A program made the position numbers and the translations under genes. Under the pieces are notes generated by a model. The model was not told the DNA's origin. It saw nothing but the letters and a program-made list of their open reading frames with translations, and searched no databases. A stretch of DNA of 63,585 nucleotides, counting the filler, from Chrysochromulina tobinii (lineage: Eukaryota): the NCBI GenBank assembly GCA_001275005.1. It is 6 parts of 6 records of this genome, joined end to end, with 100 filler letters (N's around TTAATTAATTAA, not from the genome) between each part and the next. Parts side by side here need not be neighbours in the genome. Positions count along the whole stretch, not along the records: positions 19,663 to 40,610 come from JWZX01000274.1; positions 40,711 to 50,860 come from JWZX01000278.1; 4 more parts are not named here. One strand, given 5' to 3'. Positions 35,896 to 46,088 of the stretch are shown here, piece by piece; within the stretch, counting starts at the first letter, position 1; every line of letters starts with the position of its first letter.

Positions 35896-37333
35896 ATGGC
35901 AGGCACCTTCGGCGGCGGGGCAACTCCGAGCCTCTTCGGAGGCGCGGCGACACCTTCTGGGGCCAACGCGTTTGCCCCCGACGTGAAGGGTACGAGCCTC
36001 TTCGGAGGTACGCCGGCGCCTACCACCGGCCTCTTCGGAGGCGCGCCTGCTGCTGCTGGCGGCGGCCTCTTCGGAGGTGCGCCGGCTACTGCTGGTGGCG
36101 GCCTCTTCGGAGGCGCACCTGCGCCAGCCGCCGGCCTCTTCGGAGGCGCACCGGCTGCTGCTGGCGGCGGCCTCTTCGGAGGTGCGCCGGCTGCTGCTGG
36201 TGGCGGCCTCTTCGGAGGTGCGCCGGCTGCGGCTGGCGGCGGCCTCTTCGGAGGCGCACCGGCTGCTGCTGGCGGCGGCCTCTTCGGAGGCGCACCGGCT
36301 GCTGCTGGCGGCGGCCTCTTCGGAGGCGCACCGGCTGCTGCTGGCGGTGGCCTCTTCGGAGGTGCGCCGGCTGCGGCTGGCGGCGGCCTCTTCGGAGGCG
36401 CACAAGCTGGCGGCGGCCTCTTCGGAGGCGCGCCTGCTGCTGCTCCCGGCGCGTTCGGCGCTTCAACTGGGAACCTCTTCGGCGCGGCGCCTGCAACTGC
36501 GCCCATGCCGAGCGAGGGCTCGATGGATGGCCACATTTTTTGGCAGTGGCAGAAACAGATGGAAAACGCCTGGAATTCCAAGGACAAGCAGAACTGTTCT
36601 TTCAAGTATATCTTCTTCGACTCGTGCGAAGAAGCCGGCCCAGACAGCACGATGAAGGTGGATCCCCAAAAGCTGCACGAAAGGCGGAAAAAAACCCGAG
36701 AGATGTCCGACAACGCGATGTGGGAGCGGGCAGACGCCCAAAACCGCGACCCTTCGCGGCTCGTCCCCGTGCAGGTCACGGGCTTCGAAGAGCTGCACGA
36801 GCGGCGCAGAAATCAGCTAAAGATGGCGAATGACATTGCGGAGTTCAACAAAAAGGCGCTCGCAATCATTCATACCGTCAAGGATGAGCGCAGCTTGCAA
36901 ATCGATCTCCGTTTCCGACACTACGTGGAGCGCCAGCAGATGCTGGCCCACCGCGTCCTGAAGCTCCATGCGGCCATCGAGCGCCAGCATATCAATCGCA
37001 ACGAGCGCTACCGTCACGATGGTGGCTTAGAACCGCCGATCGAGATCAAGGAGGAAAACGACATACGCCGGCTGTATGCACTTGAGCACGAGCTAAGGAG
37101 GCCCATCTCGCGCCTGCACGAGCTGAGCTCGCGTCTGGAGCAGGAGGCCGGCCGCGACAGCCCAGCTCGATGGCCTTCCGCCGGTCTCCCGCTTACATCT
37201 TGACAGCCTGCAGGAATGGCTCACGCGCCAGCAGGAGGCCGTGCGAGTCCTCATCGAGGTGAGTCTGCAGGATCTCAAAGATCTTGACGTCGTGCGCGAA
37301 ATCGTGTGCGAGATGACTGGCCGTAACCCGTAA
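35896..37333 (+). CDS. NUP54: FG (GLFG) nucleoporin Nup54/Nup57, with a frameshift near 37150
   Basis: GGGLFGGAPAAA repeats; C.FKYIF, WERADAQNRDPSRLVPVQVTGFEELHER. The conserved C-terminal coil (LTRQQEAVRVLIEVSLQDLKDL) is in a second frame ending at TAA 37331-37333. Confidence 0.88.
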
Positions 37334-37702
37334 GCCCGAAACGGTGGAGTCTGTCGTAGGCTGGTTGTTGGTGTCCGGGGGCGCACGCGCGACACCAACA
37401 AGGGTGCACGTACGCAAGGGGGGAGCTCGGGGTCCGGTCTCATATGATGTCCTCGTTTTGCGACAATAGCGGGCAATTATTCAATAGAGGTAACGGAGGT
37501 ACACGCCTTGCGTTGGTACGCCGGATCTATTTCTAAAGACTAAACGCCACACCGCGCGCCGGCGGAGTAATGTGCGCCATGAGGGTTCTAACGCCCCAGA
37601 TTGTCGTGCAAGAGCGAAGAGTTCCTCAGAAGAACTTGAACTTGAACTTGCGCTCTCGAAAACCTGCTATCGAAACATAGGCGCTGTGTTGAACGTGCGT
37701 CC

Positions 37703-40147
37703 ATGGCGCCGAGCTTGGAGAGCTTGTGGCGCGACGCTCAGCATGCGCATTTGGCCGGCGACATGGCGCGCGTGCAGCGCAGTCTGCGCGCGGCGATCGA
37801 CATTGCGCCACAATTCGGCGACGCCTACTTTGAGCTTGCCAATACGCTGTCTGCTGGCGGTCGCACGCAGGAGGCGGTCCGTGGCTACCGCGCGGCATTG
37901 CGCACAGGCAACGTTGGAGACGTGCCGATGGCGCACAACAACCTTGGTAACACTCTTGCCGATCTCGGCGACTTGGAAGCGGCCACGCGCGAATACGAGC
38001 GCGGGCTGCGCTTGGCACCCACGTTCACTTACCTGCATAATGGGCTCGCAAATGTCTTCACCTCGCAGTCGCGCAACGCCGAGGCGGCCGCAACGCTGGC
38101 GCGGGCGATACGTGTGCGGCCCACTGCGCATTACGCTTACTACAATCTCGGCAACGCCCTGCGGCGGATGCAGCGATTCCCCGAGGCCGAGGCAGCCTTC
38201 GTGTCTGCAATCAGAGCAGTCCCAGACGATGGACGCTACTCGCAAGGCCTTGGCCAGCTCTGCCACGAGACCAAACGTTTGAGCGAGGCGGTGGCCTTTT
38301 ATGCAGCAGCAGAGGGCCAGCTTGCGAGCAAGGGCTGGGCGCGCTCCGCTCCGTTAGAGCGCGACCATGCCTCAGCTCTGCGCGAGGCGAAGCGGTTCGA
38401 CGAGGCCGTGCACCGAGCCTTCGAAGCGCAGCGCCTCGAGCCGGATGGCGTCGCCGGTCTCTCCACGTTGACAACCGTGCTCAGGGATGCGATGCGGCTC
38501 GAGGAGGCCGCCGTCTACCACCAGCGTGAGGCGCTCGCCGACGTGCGCACTGCAGCCGCGACCGCGAACGAAGCTGAAAAAGCGGCGGCCGTAACGGCCT
38601 TTGCCACCCAAGCGGCGCGTGCGCGCCATCGTATTATGAGACGCTTGGTGCTCTTCTGTCGGCCATCGTATTCGGGCGAGCGTTCAGATGTGCCGGGTAG
38701 TTGGGCGTGGGGTCCACGGGCCAAGGAGCGCGGCATTGGAGGCTCCGAAAGTGCCGTCATCTCAATCTCGCGCGAGCTCGCAGCCCTCGGCTGGGCTGTG
38801 GAGGTGTATGCCAACCCTCCGAGCGAGGACATTGGCGTCGACGACGCAGGTGTCCTCTGGCTTCCGTACTGGTCGTATGGCACCCTCGAGCCGCCAGGCC
38901 GTGGTATCAGTGCTCCCGTTCATGTGTTCATCGCCTGGCGCTTCGCGGAGGCCCTCGCACTTGGTGCGGAAGCGTGGCGTCGATACTTGTGGCTACACGA
39001 CGAAGTACGGCCGGAAACCGTGCCTCGTGCAGCGCTGCCACTCCTCGAGGGCGGCGGAATTTTCGTGCTCTCGTCCTTCCATCGCTCGCAGTTGCCCGAA
39101 TACGCGCAGCGGCTTGCCATGCTCACTGCAAACGGCCTCGACGCCTCGGCTCTGGCGGATGGGGCTAATGCAAATGACCGATTCATCTACGCATCGACCC
39201 CGAGTGCTGGCCTGCACCTTCTTCTCTCCATGTGGCCACGCGTGCGCAGCGCTATCAAAACGGCCAGGCTCGACGTATACTACGGCTTCTGGCCGTACGC
39301 CATGTGGAACGACCAGCCTCACCTCATCAAGCTACGCAAGCTCATCGAGCCGCTGCTTGAGCAGCCAGGTGTTCATTACCATGGCATGCGCTCTGAGGTG
39401 GAGCTGGCAGCAGCCTACGCAGCGGCAGGCTTCTACGCGTACCCGACCGACAAGGCCGAGACGTCTGGCATCGCCCTCATGAAAGCGCAGGCGTGCGGGT
39501 GCGTGCCCGTCACCTCGGGGCAGCCCATTTCGGCGTTGCCGGAAACGTGCGGCGAATTCGATCTTGGGGCGACCGGCCGCTCTGGCTATATTGGCCAGGA
39601 TCTGCAGTGGCAAGAGGACTTTTTGCGTGCGCTGCTCGCTGCTGCGCAGCGGCCTCCTTCTGAGCTGAATGCGTTTCGTGCGCGCATGAAGGTATCCGCC
39701 CGTCGTCGCTTCAGCTGGTCGTCGGTCGCAAAGCAGTGGACGTCGTTCTTCAATCAGACGGCTGATGTGCAGACGAGTACTAATGACCAGCCTGCCTCAG
39801 TGCCACGGCGAACGCCGCTGCCATCGTCGCTGATCCTGTCGCCTCGGTCCACGTCACAGCCGTCCTGGTCGGCGCCGTCTCCAGTACCTGCAGGCCCTCC
39901 ACCATCACCGCCACCACTGCCAACGAGCCGAACGCGCCGGAAGGGTTCAGGGCAAACGGTTTTCCTCGAGGTTGGCCTTGGCGGGCAGGCCGAGGAAGTC
40001 CTCGACGCACACCCTAGGGATGAGGCGGCGGCAACAGAAGCGGAGCGCACCGCGACGTTGCTGGAGCGGCTTCACGATCAGCGCGCCCGGCGCCTCCATC
40101 TCGAGCAGCGCGTCATTGACTTGTCTCAACACGCCGGCGATATTTAA
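37703..40147 (+). CDS. TPR-repeat plus GT-B (GT4-like) glycosyltransferase
   Basis: N-terminal TPRs (AHNNLGNTLADLG, AYYNLGNALRR); GT domain IGGSESAV...ELAALGWAVEVYAN, YLWLHD, FIYASTP..GL and YPTDKAETSGIALMKAQACGCVPVTS. Confidence 0.85.
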   Translation: MAPSLESLWRDAQHAHLAGDMARVQRSLRAAIDIAPQFGDAYFELANTLSAGGRTQEAVRGYRAALRTGNVGDVPMAHNNLGNTLADLGDLEAATREYERGLRLAPTFTYLHNGLANVFTSQSRNAEAAATLARAIRVRPTAHYAYYNLGNALRRMQRFPEAEAAFVSAIRAVPDDGRYSQGLGQLCHETKRLSEAVAFYAAAEGQLASKGWARSAPLERDHASALREAKRFDEAVHRAFEAQRLEPDGVAGLSTLTTVLRDAMRLEEAAVYHQREALADVRTAAATANEAEKAAAVTAFATQAARARHRIMRRLVLFCRPSYSGERSDVPGSWAWGPRAKERGIGGSESAVISISRELAALGWAVEVYANPPSEDIGVDDAGVLWLPYWSYGTLEPPGRGISAPVHVFIAWRFAEALALGAEAWRRYLWLHDEVRPETVPRAALPLLEGGGIFVLSSFHRSQLPEYAQRLAMLTANGLDASALADGANANDRFIYASTPSAGLHLLLSMWPRVRSAIKTARLDVYYGFWPYAMWNDQPHLIKLRKLIEPLLEQPGVHYHGMRSEVELAAAYAAAGFYAYPTDKAETSGIALMKAQACGCVPVTSGQPISALPETCGEFDLGATGRSGYIGQDLQWQEDFLRALLAAAQRPPSELNAFRARMKVSARRRFSWSSVAKQWTSFFNQTADVQTSTNDQPASVPRRTPLPSSLILSPRSTSQPSWSAPSPVPAGPPPSPPPLPTSRTRRKGSGQTVFLEVGLGGQAEEVLDAHPRDEAAATEAERTATLLERLHDQRARRLHLEQRVIDLSQHAGDI

Positions 40148-40610
40148 CCACGATTGTGGATTGAACCACACCCGAGAGCCGAGGGCCGATAGTCGCATTA
40201 AGTGTGCGGCCCCGGCGCTACCCCGGCGCCGCACGCGTGGCGGTTCGCTTACCGGCGCGCCGGCGGCCGGCCGGACCGAACCCGCGGATTTCGGCCGCGC
40301 GGGGCGCAGGACCCGCGGCGGCGTAGGCCCGGCGGCGGCGGACGGCGCTGAGACGGCGCGCGCCGGGCGGGGCGCGCCGTTGCGGACTCGTTAAAAACTC
40401 GTTAACGGACTCGGGGTCGTACACATGCGTAACTGTCACACTCTTCTATACAGTTTTTGTGTGGGGGCCGGCGAGTACGGAATTACGCCGCTCGCGCGAC
40501 CCGGCGACCGACGCGGGTCCGCGCTAAGGGGGAATATGGAGTTTTTGGTTTTTGACAACCAGCATGCAAACAACATACCCACTGATTCTCCAGAGCATGG
40601 GGATCACCAT

Positions 40611-40710
40611 NNNNNNNNNNNNNNNNNNNNNNNNNNNNNNNNNNNNNNNNNNNNTTAATTAATTAANNNNNNNNNNNNNNNNNNNNNNNNNNNNNNNNNN
40701 NNNNNNNNNN
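40611..40710. other. assembly linker or gap
   Basis: N44-TTAATTAATTAA-N44. Confidence 0.99.
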
Positions 40711-41674
40711 GCCATCGCATCCGCCGCCATCGGCGCCGCCGCCCTCGACCCCACCGCCCTCGCTCCCGCAACCCTTCGCCACCGCCGCCCTCGCCCTCGC
40801 CTCCACCGCCCTCGCTCCCGCCGTTGCCCTCGCTCCCGCCGCCCTCGGCGTCGCCCAGCCCGCCGCCGCCATCACCACCGCCTCCATGCAACCCGCCCGA
40901 GCCACACCCGCCCCCCCACCGCCGCCCTCGCCCTCACCCCCTGAACCCTCTCCCCCACCATCGCCGAAGCCACCATCGCCGGAGATGAGCGTCGTTGACT
41001 TCGCCCTCGAGCTCGCCGGCGACGTCTCCTCCTTCACCCCGAGCGTGCGTACCGAGATGAAGAGTGCGATTGCGGCTCGGGCGGGCGTCGACCCATCGGC
41101 GGTGGAGTTGACTGTCACGTCGGGCAGCGTCATCGTTGGCGTGCGCATCCTCACGCCAACGGTCATGGCGACCTCGGTGCAGTCGACAATGGCCAGCGCG
41201 ACGAGCAACTCGAGCAGCGCGACCGCTCTGCTCGCGAGCGTCACTGGCGTCCCGATCGCCGTGCTTGCGGTCGTGACGGCACCCACTGCTACGGCGGACG
41301 TCGCACCGCCGCCGCCGCCGCCGCCAAACGCCCCCTTTGTCATCAGCGCCGGAGGGGGCGAGATCAACATCTCGTCATCGTCCTCGTCCCTCGTCATCAG
41401 CGCCGGTGGGGGCGAGATCAACATCTCGTCATCGTCCCTCGTCATCGCCTCGCTGGCCGTGAGTGCGGCGCTTCTGTGCGGCCTGGTCATCTGCTGCACG
41501 GCGATGGTCTGCTGGTGGATGAGGCGCAGGGCAGTCGAGCTGCGGCGCCAAGACGTCAACGACAGGCCACGCAATACATCCGCGGGCACGACCTCCGCAG
41601 ACAAGCTTCCTAAGCAGCAGCCACACAATCGCAGCAGGGCGAGGGTTATAGCCTTGTCACCACCTCCACTGCTC

Positions 41675-41726
<52 letters not shown>

Positions 41727-42310
41727 GCATCGAGATGAGCGGTCGCTTCGACCGCCATTCCTCCGAAACGGAAGGCTCGTCCCATGCAGACGGTGCCGAG
41801 GGTGGCGCACAGCCGACGATGGCGGGCGTCATCGGCGCTTCGGGTAGTAACACGATCCGCACGCGCATAATGGCGGAGCGCTCGCGCATGCAGGACATGC
41901 CCGACATGGTGAGCCAGCAAAAGGAGGAGGTACAGAATGCGGCGGTGATGCCGGCGCGGGATACCAGGGTAACTACCAGTACCAAGGGACCCGGCGCTCC
42001 TTCTAAGGACGATGCCTCGCCGCCGCCATACGCGCCGCAGACCGCCTCGTCCGAGGGCGCATTGCATGCATTCCAGGTCTGGACCTCTCGGAGCATAGGG
42101 GGCGCCTTGCACGCATTCGAGGTCCAGGGAGCCTCTCGGAGCATAGGGGGCGCCTTGCATGCATTCGAGGTCCAGGGAGCCTCTCGGAGCATAGGGGGCG
42201 CCGCCCCAGTTGTGATGCCGCATTTGGGTGAGGACTCCATCGTGCTGCAGGAGGCAGATATCGCCAACTTCTGTGTGATGTGTGATATTGAGGCCGAGTT
42301 GGACGCTTGA
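40711..42310 (+). CDS. 3' part of a type-I membrane protein: SPPP stalk, SEA-like domain, TM helix, low-complexity cytoplasmic tail
   Basis: SPPP repeats (frameshifted near the contig end); VVDFALELAGDVSSFT...AVELTVTSGSVIV; TM LVIASLAVSAALLCGLVICCTAMVCWWM followed by RRR; poly-Gly; three 48-bp repeats near 42055-42200. Confidence 0.75.
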
Positions 42311-42805
42311 GCCTGTGAGCCGGTGTGATGTGTGAAGTGTGCGTAGCGTACATGTACACTGTCACTGATGTGTGAAGTCACTGATGTATGAAGTGTGCGT
42401 ACATGTACACTGTCACTGATGGTAGGAGCACCTCCACACTCCATTCGAGTCGACCGCAACGCGATGATCACGAGAGACACCGATCGGAGCTCTGGGAGCA
42501 TGGCTCTGAGGCGGCTCCAACGTCTAAGCGATGGAGCTCCTCGCGTCTGAAAGGATGCTAGAAAGGCGTGAGCGGGCGACGATAATTATCGTATTAGGTC
42601 GGTGTGTATGTTCCATCTTCCAACACACCAGAACAGTTGACACCATTCACATCGCCACATCACGGGTCACGGCCCATTCGACGGACATTCGGCTTCTCTC
42701 GCGCCTGGAGAGTACACAGTTGACACGTAACGTCGAACCAAGGATCACTTGCCCGCTTCTCTCGCGCCTGGAGAGTACAGTTGACACGTAACGTCGAACC
42801 AAGGA

Positions 42806-43152
42806 TCACTTGCCCGGGGTCGGCCGTTGGATGACGATCGCGCCGTTTTGGTAGCGGCGCACCGCGGGCCGATTCGCAGCGGCGCGCCACCCGAGCTGCC
42901 GCGCAGCCCAATAGCCTACGCACACCTGATGAGGGGAGCAATCAATGGCAATCAACGGCAATCAATAGCAATCAAGCTGCCGCGCAGCCCAATAGCCTAC
43001 GCACACCTGATGAGGGGAGCAATCGACGGCAATCGATGGCAATCAAGAGCAATCGACGGCAATCAACGGCAATCAATGGTGATCAATGGCAATCAAAGGC
43101 ACACCGCCTCTGCCGCGTCTGTTGGGAAGGTGCCGACGTGGCTCTCTCCGCT

Positions 43153-43199
<47 letters not shown>

Positions 43200-43260
43200 T
43201 GCCGCTGGCTGCACCACCGGCGCCATGGCCGCTGCCCACCACGCCGAGATCGGCGACCAC
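42806..43260 (-). pseudogene. orphan 3' gene fragment (two exons, back-to-back introns)
   Basis: Exons 43260-43105 and 42925-42806 splice to VVADLG...GTFPTDAAEA|VCVGYWAARQLGWRAAANRPAVRRYQNGAIVIQRPTPGK*. They are preceded by a truncated TGATTGC-type intron and no 5' exons are visible. Confidence 0.55.
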
Positions 43261-44383
43261 CTGCCATATAAGGGTGGTGCACCAAGGCGCGAATGAGTCG
43301 CAATCAGTCGCAATCAGTCGCAATTAGAGGCAATTAGGTGTCATCACGACCGACCGACCGACCCGCTACCACGCGACGCTACGTTTCTTATTCTTTAACC
43401 TGACCAGCAGGTTAGCTTCAGTCTAACTTCAGAGATCAGAGCGTTTGACCCTGCACCCGAACCTGCTCCCCGGCCCCGAGAGCGAGTTAAGAGTTGATGA
43501 GTTGTGTACATGTAGTCTATGTGCTGGGAGAGACCGACCTCACTAGCGAAATTGAGTAGCCCGAGAGAGCGAGTACTCAGTACTTGTGTTGACAGAGGGG
43601 AGCGGAGCCGTCCTTTGAGACGCTGGTGTGGTGAGCGCGGGGGGGCCGCGATGTAACTGACTGACTGACTGACTGTGAGTTGTGTACAGTGTTTCCCGAG
43701 CCGCGACGGCGTTTTTTGGGGCCCTATAATACCATAATATCATATCGATTACCTGCAGCACAGAAATCATCTCCATCAATAGAGTCTGCTGGGACTGAGC
43801 GAGTACCAAACCGTGTTCCACGAGCGGTTGTACCAGCAAGACCACGCTTGGACGCTACACTCGTACGAACATGGTTTTCGAACAATGGCACCCGTGTACG
43901 CGCCAGCCGTGGCTTCGAGCCCCAACAGGGTCGTCCCGGACGGCATGCAATTCTCAATAAGGCGACGGTTGGCCGTTTTGTAACGTAACTGTAACACTTG
44001 TTACTCAATGCGTCCACGATCAAAACCGGCACGCAGTCTATCGATTCTGCCTGCCCTGCTCGCGCGCGCAAAGGTATCCGTCTGCACTACCGTCGGCCTG
44101 GCCCCGAGCGCAGACGCGTACGATCATCGCGCGCTCCCATGCCCAGCGCCGTGCCGCGCGCGCGTGGCGCCAGCCCCGCAGCGCCCGCGCCGAGCAATTG
44201 CGCTGCTGGGCACGCCCGCGCCGAGCAACTTCGCTGGGCGCGCACGCGTGCGAGCCAACCCAGTGGCCGCACGCCGGCGATCGATATCGCGCGACTCATC
44301 GCGCGCTACCCGCCCGCCTGCTTTCCTACGCAGATTTCATCTTGAAGAACTTCAAGACACCGAACCCGAGAGCCTCAAGATTA

Positions 44384-46055
44384 ATGCTGCGCCTTCTGCT
44401 CGTCGCTTTACCACTTGTCGTCGCATCGCCGGCGGCGTTCGACGCACAGGATATCGACGCCCTTCAGTTCGAGGTGCAGTTTCCGCTGCAGATCGAGGTG
44501 CGATCTCCGCCCGAGTCCTACTAGAGTCCTACCCGAGTCCCGCCCTCTTCGCCCAGCCGCCACGCGAGAACAACACGACAGTCCCGACACACACTCCACT
44601 CCGCACGCACGACACCCGCCAACCGCACACGTCGCAATGGACGCGCCTCGGCGCTAGAATGCGGGCAAGACGATCCAACCTTCGATCTACTTCGTCACCA
44701 ACCTCATCACAGCCCAGGGATACCAACCCACCATCCACAGGTGTGCCCCCCAGCCCGGCCGGCTATCTCGCATGCGGCGCAGCTTCGGTCGGCCCTGCCG
44801 CTGCGCGCGATATGCGCGCGAGGCCGTTGCGCATGCTGCACGTGCACGTGCACGAGGCCGCGCGCGCGCGCGATGTCCGCTCCCGCGCCTGCACGACTCC
44901 GTAGACTCCGCGCCCACCGAGGCGCGATGCAACTTACGCTGGCCATCGGCACGTGCGAACGCGCCGCCTCGCTTGTTTTGCTGACGGCTTGCGCGTTGCT
45001 TCCCCGACGCAGGCAGCCGCGGCTGCGAGCGATCGGGCACGACGGCCACCTCGCCCTCGACATCTCCGCCACACGACCGGTAGGTGCAACGTCGACACCA
45101 CAGTCACAAGAGGATCCGGCCGCCGTCACGCCAACGCTCTCCCGCATGGCCCAGGCGGCGTGGACCTGTGCCTCTTAAGCCGGGCGCGGGCGTCCTCGAG
45201 GCTGCGGCCCCTATGCGGCCCCGTCGGCGCACTGCTCGACCCACTCACCATCAACAGCGGCCCCGTCGACTCCGTCCTGGTCATCGGCGCCATGCGAACC
45301 AAGGGCGTTGTCACGCCGGCGCCGCCTCTCGCCACGGGTCCACCACATCACCGCCTCTCGCACGACGCCAGCCCACACTCACCTGTGTAGCACTCGCCTG
45401 CATCTATACACACCACACACTCACGTCACCGCTTGCCACTCCCAGCCCGCTTCCACTCCACCGCCCGTGCCCAGCTGACACGTTTGTCGTGCCTGCGCGC
45501 AGCCCTCGCACGACAAGACCTTCTCGCCGCCCGCGGCGGTCGGCGAGACCCCTGGTTCGTCCTACCAGCTTCATGAGGACAACAACGCCTCGGTCGCTAC
45601 CGGCCAGGGCGCAACGCACGATGAGCCGCTTGCGGTGCGCGCAATCACTGCACTGCACGAGTGCGAGCGCAATCACTGCACGAGTGCGAGCCAGGCGCCA
45701 GCAGGCCGCGCCCATTACGGCGCCCTATTTCCCCAAGGGGACGCCTATGGCCACCGCGCCATGATCGCCCCTGCCTCTCCACGCCCAGTACGGCGCCTTC
45801 GTTGCCAGGGGATGCCTGTGGCCACCACGGCATGATCGCCCCTGCCTCCACCCGCCACGTGGCATGTCCACGCCACGCAGCCATGCTCTCCCAATGAGCT
45901 CACGACCGAGCGATGGTACGCTGCCATCTCTCGCCCGCAGGTGCATTCGGGCAAGACGACCGACACGGCGCTCTCGCCTTCGCAGCCACCGGTCTCCAGC
46001 CCACCGCGCCCCCCCGCGTCAACATCTCTGGCACCCGCGGCACCGCCTCCTCCGC

Positions 46056-46088
<33 letters not shown>

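Noticed and set aside
35930..36490. 36-bp tandem repeat array
   Set aside because: It encodes the ordinary GLFG repeats of Nup54.
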